Shown here in pieces: positions 46,726 through 57,534 of a DNA stretch of 64,000 nt. Each line of letters begins with the position of its first letter. Within the stretch, counting starts at the first letter, position 1. A program made the position numbers and the translations under genes. The stretch is from Candidatus Omnitrophota bacterium (GTDB taxonomy: Bacteria; Omnitrophota; Gorgyraeia; B26-G9): NCBI GenBank assembly GCA_043814605.1, contig JBDRJV010000007.1, positions 3,354 to 67,353 of the forward strand, written 5' to 3'. The notes beneath the pieces were generated by a model, which worked only from the letters and a program-made list of their open reading frames with translations, searched no databases and was not told where the DNA came from.

Positions 46726-46801
46726 TGGTGGAGCTGGGGGGACTCGAACCCCCGACCAACAGACTGCCAGTCTGCTGCGCTCCCAACTGCGCTACAGCCC
46801 C
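46726..46801 (-). tRNA. tRNA-Ala (anticodon GGC)
   Basis: Reverse complement GGGGCTGTAGCGCAGTTGGGAGCGC...CTGGCAG...GGGGGTTCGAGTCCCCCCAGCTCCACCA. It has the G3-U70 identity pair. CCA is encoded. Confidence 0.85.
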
Positions 46802-47070
46802 ATAAAGTATTATCAACTATATCAAAAAAGTAAATTTAAGTCAAATAAAATAGGGTGGAAAACAATTGGTTTTTTAAATTAAGAGAAAAAAATAAATGTC
46901 GGTTTTTTTTAAATAATAATAGGGTAAAAAACAGAATGAGATATTTTATACTGAAAATTGCGCTTGCTCAATCAATCATAGCTGTGTTAAAATAGCATTC
47001 ATTAAATTTAATTTTGCAACTAAATTATGCGAAATATTAGACTTCATGCTGAGAAGGAAGTGATTTTTTT

Positions 47071-49557
47071 ATGAAGACTTATGATTTTTTAAAAATCGAA
47101 AAAAAATGGCAGGAATATTGGCAGAAAAAAGAGGTTTTTAAATCTGTGCCGGATAAAAATAAGCCAAAGTATTATATTTTAGAAATGTTTCCTTATCCGT
47201 CGGGAAGAATTCATATGGGGCATGTGAGGAATTACACAATTGGGGATGTAATTGCCCGTTATCGCATGCAAGCCGGGTTTAATGTTTTGCATCCTATTGG
47301 TTTTGATGCTTTTGGCCAACCTGCAGAAAATGCGGCTATAAAACACAATGCCGACCCCCAGGAATGGACAGAAAAATGTATTAATTGGATGGTTAAAGAA
47401 TTAAAGCAAATGGGGTTTTCTTATGATTGGCTCAGGGAGTTATCAACGCATCGAGAAGAGTACTACAAGTGGAATCAATGGATTTTCTTAAAGATGCGGG
47501 AGAAAGGATTAGCTTATAAAAAAAGCTCGAGTGTAAATTGGTGCCCGGATTGTCAGACAACATTAGCAAATGAAGAAGTTGTTGATGGTGGCTGTTGGCG
47601 TTGTCAAACAAAGGTCATTCAAAAAGAACTAGAACAATGGTATTTAAAAATAACCGATTTTTCCGATTGCCTGCTGGAAGATTTAAAAACTCTTGAAAAT
47701 TGGCCGGAGCGGGTTATTACAATGCAGCAGAATTGGATTGGGAAAAGTTATGGAGTGGAAATTTATTTTCAGGAATCAGGAACAAAAAAACAAATTCCTG
47801 TTTTTACAACGCGTCAGGATACAATTTTTGGCGCAACATATGTGGTATTAGCTTGTGAACATCCGTTATTAAAAGATTTAATTAAAAATAAACCGGAAGA
47901 AAAAAAAGTGCTTGATTTTATTGAGCAGGTTTCACAGAAAAGTAAAATTGTACGGATTTCCACGGATGTGAAAAAAGAAGGTGTTTTTACCGGTTGTTAT
48001 GCGATCAATCCGGTGAACAATGAAAAGATTCCAATCTGGACAGCAGATTATGTTTTAATGGATTATGGAACGGGTGCGATTATGGCTGTGCCGACACACG
48101 ATCAAAGAGATTTTCTTTTTGCCAAAGAACATAATTTACCGATGCGTATTGTAATTGCAGATCCGGATAACCCGGATTTAAATGTATCAGATTTAAAATC
48201 AGCTTATGAGGAAAACGGCAGGCAAGTTAATTCCGCACAATTTGATGGGTTAACTAATGAGCAGGCAAAGGTTAAAATTGCGGATTGGATGGAACAAACA
48301 GGAATTGGTAAAAGAAAAACATTTTTTCGATTGCGCGATTGGCTGATTTCCCGCCAGCGGTATTGGGGAACCCCGATCCCGATAATTTATTGCCAAAAAT
48401 GCGGTACCGTGGGTGTCCCGGATTCGGAATTACCGGTTAAATTACCAAAAAAAATAGAAATTACCGGAACCGGCGGCAGCCCTTTATCTAAAGTAAAAGA
48501 CTTTGTTGAGGTAAGTTGTCCGCAATGTTCGGGGCTGGCACTGCGGGAAACAGATACAATGGCCACGTTTATTGATTCATCCTGGTATTTTTTGCGTTTT
48601 TGCAGCCCCAGGAATGATAAAAATATTTTTGATCCTGATGCAGTTAGTTATTGGATGAAAGTAGACCAGTATGTTGGCGGAATTGAACATGCTGTATTAC
48701 ATCTTCTCTATTCCCGTTTTTTTACAAAATTTTTTCAGTCAATAGGATTGATTAATTTTAGCGAACCGTTTGAAAAACTCCTGACGCAAGGTATGGTTTT
48801 AAAAGATGGTGAAGTCATGTCTAAATCTAAGGGTAATGTTATTGATCCGGATGAAATGATTAAAAAATACGGAGCGGATGCATTACGGGTTTGTATTTTA
48901 TTTGCTGCTCCGCCAGAAGCAGAATTTGACTGGAATGAAAAAGGTATGGATGGGGCCTGGCGATTTTTAAATCGCGTTTGGACGCTGGTGCAAAATTTGA
49001 TTGAATTAAAACAATTAAGCCCAGTAAAACATGAAACTAAAATATCAGAGCAAGATAAAAAACTAGAATTTAAATTACATCTGACAATTAAAAAAGTCAG
49101 CGAAGAAATGTCCGGTGGATTTAAATTTAATACAGCAATTAGTGCAATGATGGAATTGACTAATGAAGTTACAGCTGTATTACGCTCGGCTTGTGAAAAT
49201 AAAATCTGCCCGCCGGTTTTACAAGAAACTGTGGAAAAATTAGTTATTTTACTTTCGCCGATCGCACCGCATATCTGCGAGGAACTCTGGAAAATGCTTA
49301 ATCCGCAGAATTCCGCGAGTATTACTAATACCCGTTGGCCCCGGTATGATGCGCAGAAATTAATGCAGGATGAAGTTATGATAGTTGTCCAGGTAAATAG
49401 TAAAGTGCGGGCAAAAATCACTGTTGCGGCAAACCTGCAAGGTTATGACCTGGAACAAGCTGTCTTAAGCGATGAAAAAATTCAAAGCTGGGTTAAAGAT
49501 AAAAAAATAAAAAAATTTATTGTGGTTCCGAATAAATTAGTAAATATTATTATTTAG
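47071..49557 (+). CDS. leuS: Leucyl-tRNA synthetase
   Basis: HMGH (HIGH) motif, VMSKSKGN (KMSKS), and a CP1 editing domain. 828 aa. Confidence 0.95.
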   Translation: MKTYDFLKIEKKWQEYWQKKEVFKSVPDKNKPKYYILEMFPYPSGRIHMGHVRNYTIGDVIARYRMQAGFNVLHPIGFDAFGQPAENAAIKHNADPQEWTEKCINWMVKELKQMGFSYDWLRELSTHREEYYKWNQWIFLKMREKGLAYKKSSSVNWCPDCQTTLANEEVVDGGCWRCQTKVIQKELEQWYLKITDFSDCLLEDLKTLENWPERVITMQQNWIGKSYGVEIYFQESGTKKQIPVFTTRQDTIFGATYVVLACEHPLLKDLIKNKPEEKKVLDFIEQVSQKSKIVRISTDVKKEGVFTGCYAINPVNNEKIPIWTADYVLMDYGTGAIMAVPTHDQRDFLFAKEHNLPMRIVIADPDNPDLNVSDLKSAYEENGRQVNSAQFDGLTNEQAKVKIADWMEQTGIGKRKTFFRLRDWLISRQRYWGTPIPIIYCQKCGTVGVPDSELPVKLPKKIEITGTGGSPLSKVKDFVEVSCPQCSGLALRETDTMATFIDSSWYFLRFCSPRNDKNIFDPDAVSYWMKVDQYVGGIEHAVLHLLYSRFFTKFFQSIGLINFSEPFEKLLTQGMVLKDGEVMSKSKGNVIDPDEMIKKYGADALRVCILFAAPPEAEFDWNEKGMDGAWRFLNRVWTLVQNLIELKQLSPVKHETKISEQDKKLEFKLHLTIKKVSEEMSGGFKFNTAISAMMELTNEVTAVLRSACENKICPPVLQETVEKLVILLSPIAPHICEELWKMLNPQNSASITNTRWPRYDAQKLMQDEVMIVVQVNSKVRAKITVAANLQGYDLEQAVLSDEKIQSWVKDKKIKKFIVVPNKLVNIII

Positions 49558-49570
49558 CTGATTTTTTTAA

Positions 49571-49951
49571 ATGAAAGAATTCACTTTAGATGAAAGAAAA
49601 ATATTAATTTTTATCCTGGTTGCTTTGATTTTTGGCCTGGGGTTATCCTGGTTCAATAAAACCTATCCGCAAAAATCTCAGAATTTAATTTTTCTTCCTG
49701 CCCCGATTATAGAAGAAAAAAATAACTTTAACCCTAATGATACTAATTCGGTTAGGCGAAAATTAATCAACATAAATACAGCTGATCTTAGTGCTCTGAT
49801 TGATTTGCCGGGGATAGGGGAGGTTATTGCTAAACGGATTATCTCTTTTCGTAAAGCTAACGGTCCTTACCGGCAGAAAGAAGATTTGATAAAAGTTAAA
49901 GGGATTGGTCCTAAAAAATTTGAAAAGTTTAAAAATCAGATTTCCATTTAA
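49571..49951 (+). CDS. comEA: ComEA-like helix-hairpin-helix DNA-binding protein
   Basis: N-terminal TM helix and tandem HhH (LPGIGEVIAKRII ... VKGIGPKKFEKFK). Confidence 0.75.
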   Translation: MKEFTLDERKILIFILVALIFGLGLSWFNKTYPQKSQNLIFLPAPIIEEKNNFNPNDTNSVRRKLININTADLSALIDLPGIGEVIAKRIISFRKANGPYRQKEDLIKVKGIGPKKFEKFKNQISI

Positions 49952-49965
49952 AAGGTTTAAGTCAA

Positions 49966-51537
49966 TTGTTTAAAAATTTTTTAAGGATACAGATACTGCT
50001 AATCAGGGAATTGTTTATTAAGCGGCCGTTATTATTTATCTGCAGCGGATTTATCCCGGGAATTTTAACAGCAAATTTTATTCCCAGTAAATTTTTTTTA
50101 TATTTTTTTTGTTTGCAGGTCGTCTGTTTAATTATTCTTTTTAAAAATATTAATAATTTTAAAATTTTTTTGACATTGCTTTTGGTGGTTAGTTTTTTAC
50201 TGGGGATTTGTGTATTTTTAAATTCCGTGACGTTTCCCGCTAACCATATAAAAAATTTAGTGCCGCAAAAAAGTATAATTGTAAAAATCAGGGGCAAAAT
50301 TATAACCACTCCTAAACAAAAAAAGCACAAACATGTTTTTGTGCTAGAAGCGCAGGAATTAATCACAAAAAAGACAATTACTCCTATTGTGGGTAAAATA
50401 CTCGTATGGGATTTTAAAAAAGATATTAAAGAAAGTTATCAGCGGGGGCAAACACTGATTTTAAAGGGGAGTTTTTACCGTCCTTTCCCATTTCGTATTT
50501 CAAAGCAGCTGGATTACCGTACCTATCTGTCCCGTAAGAATATTTATGCAATGTTGAATATCGGTCAGCAAGGGGAAGTTGTTTTTCTTAAAACGCCAGA
50601 GTTGAATTTTGTCCTGAAATCAGCACTGCAGTTAAAAGCGAAAATTCAAAAAATTTTTGAAAACAATTTATCTTTTGCCGCCGCAGGAATAATGAAAGCC
50701 ATGGTTATCGGGGAAAGGGAAGAAGTGAGTGATTTTTTTAACAGCGTATTGCAAAAAACCGGCACAGTACATATTCTGGCTGTTTCCGGATTACATGTGG
50801 GAATCATAACAGTGATTATGATTTTACTGATCCGATTACTGATGATTCCTTATCGGGTTCAATATCTGGCAGTAATTTTTGCGTTAATTTATTACTGTTT
50901 TATCACTGATTTTAGGATTTCTGTAATCCGGGCTACAATTATGGCGGTTTTATTACTTTTCGGTAAAGTCATCAGCCGTGATTATGATGCACTGAATGCT
51001 TTAAGCTTAGCGTTTCTGATTATTGCTGGCCGAGATCCCCAGGAGGTTTTTGCTTTAGGTTTTCAATTATCATTTGTGAGTGTTTTTTTTATTTTGCTAT
51101 TATTTCAAGATATTACCGATCTTTTTCCTAACTTGATGAAAGAAAACAGTTTTTTAAATTATTTAACTACAAGCTTAAGTGTATCTTTAGCTGCTTGGTT
51201 TGGGACGTTAGGTATAATCATCTATAATTTTGGAATTTTTTCTCCGGTTACAATTATGTCAAATATTTTTTCCGTAAGTTTGTTATTCCTGATTATTGCT
51301 AATGGACTGGTTCTGATTATAACCGGGATAGTTGTGCCTTTTTTTACTGGACCGGTTGCTTTAACCTGTGAATTTCTGATTAATCTCTTATATCGCAGTA
51401 ATGCTTTAATGTTAAAAATTCCGGGAGCTTGTTTCCTAGGACTTGATTTTAATTTTTCGTTAATACTATTATATTACTCATTATTAATTTTATTGATATT
51501 TATTTTTAAAAATTATAAGTACAAAAATTTTTTATAA
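49966..51537 (+). CDS. comEC: ComEC/Rec2-family membrane channel protein (no metallo-beta-lactamase domain)
   Basis: DUF4131-like N-terminal region plus a competence domain (ILAVSGLHVGII). TTG start, uncertain. Confidence 0.65.
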   Translation: MFKNFLRIQILLIRELFIKRPLLFICSGFIPGILTANFIPSKFFLYFFCLQVVCLIILFKNINNFKIFLTLLLVVSFLLGICVFLNSVTFPANHIKNLVPQKSIIVKIRGKIITTPKQKKHKHVFVLEAQELITKKTITPIVGKILVWDFKKDIKESYQRGQTLILKGSFYRPFPFRISKQLDYRTYLSRKNIYAMLNIGQQGEVVFLKTPELNFVLKSALQLKAKIQKIFENNLSFAAAGIMKAMVIGEREEVSDFFNSVLQKTGTVHILAVSGLHVGIITVIMILLIRLLMIPYRVQYLAVIFALIYYCFITDFRISVIRATIMAVLLLFGKVISRDYDALNALSLAFLIIAGRDPQEVFALGFQLSFVSVFFILLLFQDITDLFPNLMKENSFLNYLTTSLSVSLAAWFGTLGIIIYNFGIFSPVTIMSNIFSVSLLFLIIANGLVLIITGIVVPFFTGPVALTCEFLINLLYRSNALMLKIPGACFLGLDFNFSLILLYYSLLILLIFIFKNYKYKNFL

Positions 51538-51615
51538 AAGTTTAACTTATTTGCAAATTTGACAAGCTTGTATTGTTGATATATAATAACCCCTTCTAGC
51601 GAATAGGAGTTTTTT

Positions 51616-52191
51616 ATGCAAGCTTTTGAAAAAGTAATTTTTTTAGACCGCGACGGGGTAATCAATAAGAATGTTAAGTATGAATATGTTACTTCCTGGG
51701 CAAAATTTAATTTTTTACCCAATGTTTTTGAAGCACTTAAGTTACTAAAAGACAATGAGTTCAAGGTAATAATTATCTCTAATCAGCAGGGGGTTGGTAA
51801 AGGGCTTTATACAGAAGCAGCGCTTGCGGATATGACTGAAAGAATGCTTGCCCGGATCCAAAGCCGGGGAGGTAAAATTCATTCTGTACATTATTGCCCG
51901 CATCTTAAGGAAGCTGATTGTGTTTGCCGTAAGCCAAAGGTAGGATTATTTAAGCAGGCTCTAGTAGGAAAATCGGTAGATATTAAAAATACATTTTTTA
52001 TCGGAGATACAGAACGAGACGTAGAAACCGGTAAAAAATTAGGCTGCCGGACAATACTGGTTTTAAGCGGTAATACAGAAAGCCAGGCTGCGGTAAGTGA
52101 TTTTAAATTTCAGCCTGATTTTATTGCGAAAGATTTATTAGCAGCGGTAAAGAATGTAGTGCTGAAGGGAAAGGTTAAGTCATGGGAATAA
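51616..52191 (+). CDS. gmhB: D-glycero-D-manno-heptose-1,7-bisphosphate phosphatase (HAD-IIIA)
   Basis: FLDRDGVIN (motif I), ISNQ (motif II), the CxC...CRKPK Zn/motif III region, and GDTERD (motif IV). Confidence 0.8.
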   Translation: MQAFEKVIFLDRDGVINKNVKYEYVTSWAKFNFLPNVFEALKLLKDNEFKVIIISNQQGVGKGLYTEAALADMTERMLARIQSRGGKIHSVHYCPHLKEADCVCRKPKVGLFKQALVGKSVDIKNTFFIGDTERDVETGKKLGCRTILVLSGNTESQAAVSDFKFQPDFIAKDLLAAVKNVVLKGKVKSWE

Positions 52192-52757
52192 TTAGTTCTG
52201 TATTAATTAGTTTTTTTGGCTTGTTTCTGGCAATTGATGCTCTGGGGAAAATTCCGAATTTTAATTTAATCATTCAAGGAGGGCCGGAAAAAGAACAAAA
52301 TAAAGCTTTAAAAAATTGGATACAATATGTTTTAGGGATAAGTTTAGGAATAATTTTTTTAGGGGTAATCTTATTTTGGATTATGGGAGTATCTTTAGCA
52401 GATTTTAAGATCGCCGGCGGAATTTTATTGTTTATCCTGATTGTGCGTGCTTTAATGGGTAATCCCGAAGTTAAAAAGACGCAGGACAAATTTTTTGCCG
52501 AAATTCTACTTTTTGTGCTTAATCCTAGGGTTATTATAATGTTATTAATTTTGGCGGATGCTTTTGGCATAATCATAGCGTTCATAACTTATGCCTTAAA
52601 TATTTTATTTTGTTTTTATATTTTTAAACATCAGAATTATTTTATGAAAAAAATCGACATGGCCGGTATTAATTTGTGTTCAAAAATTACAAATATTATT
52701 TTAGCCGGCTTTGCCGTAACTTTAATCAGAGAAGGAATTTTATTAATAATCCGGTAA
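52182..52757 (+). CDS. MarC-family (UPF0056) integral membrane protein
   Basis: Six TM helices. The N-terminal FLAIDALGKIP matches the MarC signature. Confidence 0.5.
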   Translation: MGIISSVLISFFGLFLAIDALGKIPNFNLIIQGGPEKEQNKALKNWIQYVLGISLGIIFLGVILFWIMGVSLADFKIAGGILLFILIVRALMGNPEVKKTQDKFFAEILLFVLNPRVIIMLLILADAFGIIIAFITYALNILFCFYIFKHQNYFMKKIDMAGINLCSKITNIILAGFAVTLIREGILLIIR

Positions 52758-52833
52758 AAAAGACGTCCTATAATGGGAAAGAAGGAGGATGTCTTGATTA
52801 TATAGATTAAAGTTATTTTATCAGAAGATTGCA

Positions 52834-53206
52834 GTGATTAAGGAAAGGGCTTCGTTAACTGATAAAATAATCGCTTGTGCTTATAATGTGCATAGTAAGC
52901 TTGGTCCTGGATTTAGCGAAAGTATAATACCATAAGGCATTAAAAATAACCTTAAAAGAACAGGGTTTAAAGTATCAAACTGAGAAAAGTTTTGATGTTT
53001 GTTTTCAAGGTAAAAACATTGGTAAATGTAGGCTCGATTTAGTCATCGCCGACAAGATTGTAACAGAACTGAAAGCTTTTAGCGGGAATATTCCTGCTGT
53101 ATTTGAATCGCAGGTTTTATCTTATCTAAAAGCATCAGGATATAAAGTTGGACTATTGATAAACTTTGACAACAAGAGTTGTCAAGTTAGAAGATTAATG
53201 GTTTAA
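52834..53206 (+). pseudogene. GxxExxY-family (PD-(D/E)xK-like) protein gene interrupted by a +1 frameshift near 52917
   Basis: My two-frame translation gives ...KLGPGFSESI / YHKALKITLKEQGLKYQTEKSFDVCFQGKNIGKCRLDLVIADKIVTELKAFS...SQVLSYLKASGYKVGLLINFDNKSCQVRRL. This is collinear with the GxxExxY family, with one extra A in agtataATAcc. Confidence 0.55.
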
Positions 53207-53284
53207 TCTTCGTAATCTATTGTTAATCGTGGTAATCAGGGATAATCCATTCCAGGAGTGAGGATTATACCAGCTGAGGTGAAT

Positions 53285-53692
53285 ATGGAAAAGAAAAGAG
53301 TTGTCTTAACGTTTCCGCATGATTTATTAGGTAAGCCGATAACTTATCATCTAATCAAAGATTATAATCTAATCGTAAATATTCTCAAAGCCAAAATTAC
53401 CCCGAAAGAGCAGGGGTTGCTGGTACTGGAAATTGAAGGAGATAAGCATCAATTACAGGAAGGGGTTAACTTTTTAAAAAAAACCGGAGTTAAAATTGAG
53501 GCTTTAATTGAAGATATTAAATGGGATTCGGATAAGTGTATCCATTGTACGGAATGCGTAACTGTCTGCCCGACACAAGCTTTTATTTTAGATCGCCAAA
53601 AAATGGAAATTAGTTTTTATAAAGATAAATGTATTGCTTGCGGATTGTGTGTTTCTCTGTGTCCCTATCGGGCCATAGAAATAATCATATAA
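53285..53692 (+). CDS. NIL-domain / 2x[4Fe-4S] ferredoxin protein (the usual partner of COG1900 proteins)
   Basis: N-terminal NIL-like region and C-terminal CIHCTECVTVCP...CIACGLCVSLCP. Confidence 0.6.
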   Translation: MEKKRVVLTFPHDLLGKPITYHLIKDYNLIVNILKAKITPKEQGLLVLEIEGDKHQLQEGVNFLKKTGVKIEALIEDIKWDSDKCIHCTECVTVCPTQAFILDRQKMEISFYKDKCIACGLCVSLCPYRAIEIII

Positions 53693-53708
53693 CTATTTTA
53701 GGTGCCCG

Positions 53709-54158
53709 ATGATTAGAAAAGCAAATATCAGTGATGTAACTAAAATCCAGGAACTGATTAAAACTTGTGCAAAAAGTGGTGAGGTACTGCCGCGTTCCTT
53801 AAATAATATTTATGAAAATTTACGTGATTTTTTTGTATTTGAAAAAGATGGCCGCATCGTAGGTTGCTGTGCATTACATATTACCTGGGATGATTTGGCG
53901 GAAATCCGCTCACTTGTGGTTGAAGCTTCTGTTCAAGGACAGGGGATTGGGAAAAAACTTATTGAAGCCAGTATTAAAGAAACGCAAGCATTTAAGATCA
54001 GAAAAGTTTTTTTGCTGACAGAAAAACTTGATTTTTTTAAAAAAATGGGTTTTATCCCCACCGATAAATCACTTCTGCCGCATAAGATCTGGAGTGATTG
54101 CGTACATTGTATTCATTTTCCTAATTGTAATGAAGAAGCAATGATTATGGAAGTTTAG
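53709..54158 (+). CDS. GNAT-family N-acetyltransferase (N-acetylglutamate-synthase-like, COG1246 type)
   Basis: Acetyl-CoA motif [12 protein letters not shown]. Confidence 0.65.
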   Translation: MIRKANISDVTKIQELIKTCAKSGEVLPRSLNNIYENLRDFFVFEKDGRIVGCCALHITWDDLAEIRSLVVEASVQGQGIGKKLIEASIKETQAFKIRKVFLLTEKLDFFKKMGFIPTDKSLLPHKIWSDCVHCIHFPNCNEEAMIMEV

Positions 54159-54234
54159 GGCAATATGTTTTTATTACAGATTTTTTGGCAAGGTGGTAAA
54201 AATTTGGGCAGATGATGGGAGGCTAAAGAAAAAA

Positions 54235-55521
54235 ATGGGATTTACGATTTCTGAGAAAATATTTTGTAATCATTTAAAGAAAAAAGGCCCAAAAGTCCGC
54301 GCCGGTGAGTTTATCTATGCAGCGGTTGATTTAACATTAGGTAATGATATTACCGCTCCGATTGCAATTGATCAATTTAAAAAATTAGGGGCAAAAAAAG
54401 TTTTTGATTGTAAAAAAGTAGTGCTTGTGCCGGATCATTTTACTCCGGCCAAAGATATTAAAAGCGCAATGCAGGCTCAACAATTAAGAGAGTTTGCCCA
54501 GGAGCATAAGATTAAACACTATTTTGAAATAGGCAGAATGGGGATCGAACATGCGCTTTTGCCAGAAGCCGGGCTGATCCGCCCGGGGGACTTAATTATT
54601 GGCGCAGATTCACACACTTGTACTTACGGGGCATTAGGCGCTTTTTCAACCGGGGTGGGTTCAACTGATTTAGCGGCAGCTTGGGCAACAGGTTTTTGTT
54701 GGTTTAAAGTTCCCGAAACAATCAAATTTATCTATAAAGGAAAAATGAACAAATGGGTTTCGGGAAAAGATTTAATTCTTTTTACAATCGGAAAAATTGG
54801 AGTTGATGGTGCGCTGTATATGGCCATGGAATTTACCGGTCCGGTAATTGAAAAATTAGCGATTGATCAGCGGTTTACAATGTCCAATATGGCTATTGAA
54901 GCCGGTGGTAAAGCCGGAATGATCGCGCCGGATAAAATCACTTTTGAATATTTAAAATCCCGCGGTATAAAATTCTCCGCTGCCCAGGAAAATATTTGGA
55001 AAAATTTAAAATCAGATAAGGACGCTGAATTTAAAAAAGTTATCGAGATTGATGTGGCGAAAATTAAGCCGCAGGTAGCTCTGCCGCATTTACCCAGTAA
55101 TACAAAAAATGTAGATAAGCTTAGAAAAATAAGAGTTGATCAGGTTGTTATTGGTTCTTGTACTAACGGCAGAATTTCTGATTTAAGGATAGCGGCAAAA
55201 ATTTTAAAGGGTAAAAAAGTCCATCCCCATGTGCGTTGTATTATTTTTCCCGCAACCCAGGAAATCTATTTGCAAGCGGTGAAAGAAGGGTTAGTGGAAA
55301 TTTTTGTCAAAGCGAATGCCGTTGTGTCAACGCCAACCTGCGGGCCTTGTTTAGGAGGGCATATGGGAATTCTGGCAAAAGGGGAAAGAGCCATTGCTAC
55401 AACCAATAGAAATTTTATCGGCCGCATGGGGCATCCGAAAAGTGAAGTTTGTTTAAGCTCACCAGCTGTTGCGGCAGCGAGTGCAATTACGGGTAAAATT
55501 ACGCATCCTGAATCTGTCTAA
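54235..55521 (+). CDS. leuC: 3-isopropylmalate (or homoaconitate) dehydratase large subunit, type 2
   Basis: Aconitase family. The three cluster cysteines lie in GSCTNGR and CGPCLG. About 420 aa, the short archaeal type. Confidence 0.85.
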   Translation: MGFTISEKIFCNHLKKKGPKVRAGEFIYAAVDLTLGNDITAPIAIDQFKKLGAKKVFDCKKVVLVPDHFTPAKDIKSAMQAQQLREFAQEHKIKHYFEIGRMGIEHALLPEAGLIRPGDLIIGADSHTCTYGALGAFSTGVGSTDLAAAWATGFCWFKVPETIKFIYKGKMNKWVSGKDLILFTIGKIGVDGALYMAMEFTGPVIEKLAIDQRFTMSNMAIEAGGKAGMIAPDKITFEYLKSRGIKFSAAQENIWKNLKSDKDAEFKKVIEIDVAKIKPQVALPHLPSNTKNVDKLRKIRVDQVVIGSCTNGRISDLRIAAKILKGKKVHPHVRCIIFPATQEIYLQAVKEGLVEIFVKANAVVSTPTCGPCLGGHMGILAKGERAIATTNRNFIGRMGHPKSEVCLSSPAVAAASAITGKITHPESV

Positions 55522-55544
55522 AAATAACAGGTAGAGAGTAGCCC

Positions 55545-55640
55545 TCCTACGCTAAAGCTTCGGAGGGTAAAAGAGTAGAGAGTAGAGAGAAAGATCGCAT
55601 ATAGGTGTTTGATAATAAGAGTATAAATTTCAATATAAAA
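55545..55640. repeat. Heptad-style intergenic repeat containing a hairpin (ccctcc...ggaggg) and a gtagaga gtagaga tandem
   Basis: Seen in the sequence between leuC and leuD. Confidence 0.45.
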
Positions 55641-55669
55641 TTTAAAGTGTGAGGATAAAGAGAAAAAAT

Positions 55670-56170
55670 ATGAAAATAAAAGGAAAGGCTTGGAAGTTTG
55701 GTGCAAATATCAATACCGATGAAATAATTGCGGCAAGATATTTAAATACATTTGATTCGCAGGAGTTAGGGGTGCATTGCCTGGAAGATATTGATGAGAA
55801 GTTTTCGGATAAAATTAAAAGGGGAGATCTAATTGTTGCCGGTCGTAATTTTGGCTGCGGGTCTAGCCGTGAACATGCTCCGATTGCAATTAAAGGCTGC
55901 GGAATTTCTTGTGTTATTGCGGAAAGTTTTGCGAGAATTTTTTACCGCAATGCCATAAATATTGGGTTGCCGATTTTAGTGAGTAAAGAAGCGCCCGGCC
56001 GGATTAAAGAAAAAGATCAAATTGAGGTTGATATCAACGCTGGTCTGATTTATAATCGAACTCAAAATAAAACGTATAAAACAGATAAATTTGCGGATTT
56101 TATGCAGCAAATTATTAGTCATAACGGATTGTTAAACTGGATTAAAAGAAAAGGATTAATTAAAAAATGA
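55670..56170 (+). CDS. leuD: 3-isopropylmalate dehydratase small subunit, type 2
   Basis: Short LeuD form (about 166 aa). GDLIVAGRNFGCGSSREHA. Confidence 0.85.
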   Translation: MKIKGKAWKFGANINTDEIIAARYLNTFDSQELGVHCLEDIDEKFSDKIKRGDLIVAGRNFGCGSSREHAPIAIKGCGISCVIAESFARIFYRNAINIGLPILVSKEAPGRIKEKDQIEVDINAGLIYNRTQNKTYKTDKFADFMQQIISHNGLLNWIKRKGLIKK

Positions 56171-56403
56171 AGGTATCCCAGACCGAAGTTGAAGTGACAA
56201 TTTTTATGCAGAATTCTCGTATTGAAGGAAAAATTCATTTACCGGAACAGGGACGATTAACAGATTATTTAGCTTTAGTCGAGCGGAAATTTATTCCGGT
56301 AACAAATGCGAGTATCTATTTAATTCCGAGTAACGAATTGCTGTACTCTGTAGATTTTTTAAGCCTGAATAAGGATTTTATTATTTGTATTTTTCCTAAA
56401 TAG
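56167..56403 (+). CDS. Hypothetical small protein inside the leuCDB cluster
   Basis: 78-aa ORF with coupled start and stop codons. No recognisable motif. Confidence 0.3.
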   Translation: MKVSQTEVEVTIFMQNSRIEGKIHLPEQGRLTDYLALVERKFIPVTNASIYLIPSNELLYSVDFLSLNKDFIICIFPK

Positions 56404-56436
56404 AATATGTGATAAAAAAATAGAGAGGTGGTTTAA

Positions 56437-57489
56437 ATGTATAAAATTGCCGTTATTCCCGGGGATGGAACAGGCCCGGAAGTTGTTAAAGAAGGGTTAA
56501 AGGTTTTGGCAGCCGTAAGTAAAATTCATAAATTCTCGTACCAGACGAAAATATTTGATTGCGGGGGAGACCGTTATCTGGCAACCGGAAAAACAATTAC
56601 CGATGAGGAACTGGGAGCATTAAAAACATTTGATGCGATTTTTCTCGGAGCAATTGGCCACCCGGATGTAAAACCGGGGATTTTAGAACAGGGAATTTTA
56701 CTTAAAACTAGATTTGCTTTAGATCAATACATTAATTTAAGGCCGGTACGGTTGTATAACGAAACTTTCTGTCCGTTAAAAAATAAAAAAGAGGCTGATA
56801 TTGATTTTGTTGTTGTCCGGGAAAATTCAGAAGGCCTGTACAAAGGGATGGGAGAATTTAAAGATAAAGATACTGCGAATGAGGTTGCCATTCAAATTTC
56901 TTATAATACCCGTAAAGGAGTAGAACGCTGTATCCGCTATGCTTTCGAATATACGCGAAAACGTAATCGCAGAAAGAATCTTACCCTTTGCGGAAAAACT
57001 AATGTTTTAACTTATGCTTGGGATCTTTGGCAAAGAGTTTTTGACGCAGTAGCAAAAGAATATCCGGATATTACAACTGATTATGCGCATATTGATGCAA
57101 CAACAATGTGGTTTGTAAAAAATCCAGAATGGTTTGATGTAATTGTTACGGATAACATGTTTGGCGATATTATTACAGATCTGGGGGCAATGATTCAAGG
57201 GGGTATGGGTATTGCCGCGGGAGGAAATATTAATCCGCAAGGCGTATCGATGTTTGAACCCATCGGCGGTTCCGCGCCTAAGTATACGGGAAAAAATGTA
57301 ATCAATCCTCTGGCAGCAATTTGTGCCCTGGGTATGTTGCTGGAGACCATAGGCGAAAAAGCAGCCGCAGGTAATATTGAAAATTCAGTGATTAATATTG
57401 CTAAAAATAAGCTAACAAATTTAAGTGCGGGAAAAATGGGGTATGCGACAACGGAAATAGGGGATTTAGTAGTTAAAAATTTAAAATAG
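56437..57489 (+). CDS. leuB: 3-isopropylmalate dehydrogenase (isocitrate/isopropylmalate DH family)
   Basis: The N-terminus [13 protein letters not shown] and the NMFGDIITD motif. Confidence 0.85.
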   Translation: MYKIAVIPGDGTGPEVVKEGLKVLAAVSKIHKFSYQTKIFDCGGDRYLATGKTITDEELGALKTFDAIFLGAIGHPDVKPGILEQGILLKTRFALDQYINLRPVRLYNETFCPLKNKKEADIDFVVVRENSEGLYKGMGEFKDKDTANEVAIQISYNTRKGVERCIRYAFEYTRKRNRRKNLTLCGKTNVLTYAWDLWQRVFDAVAKEYPDITTDYAHIDATTMWFVKNPEWFDVIVTDNMFGDIITDLGAMIQGGMGIAAGGNINPQGVSMFEPIGGSAPKYTGKNVINPLAAICALGMLLETIGEKAAAGNIENSVINIAKNKLTNLSAGKMGYATTEIGDLVVKNLK

Positions 57490-57534
57490 AAATTAATTAT
57501 AAATCTTGAATTATATTTTAAAAAGGAGCTGTAC

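Noticed and set aside
46541-46882. Two overlapping + strand ORFs (113 and 88 aa) in the GC-rich segment
   Set aside because: They overlap tRNA-Ala and its duplicated 3' end on the opposite strand. They are Arg/Pro/Gly-rich products of GC-rich non-coding sequence.
46890-47070. T-box leader upstream of leuS
   Set aside because: No AGGGUGGNACCGCG-like T-box sequence or specifier/antiterminator architecture is visible in the 180-nt AT-rich leader.
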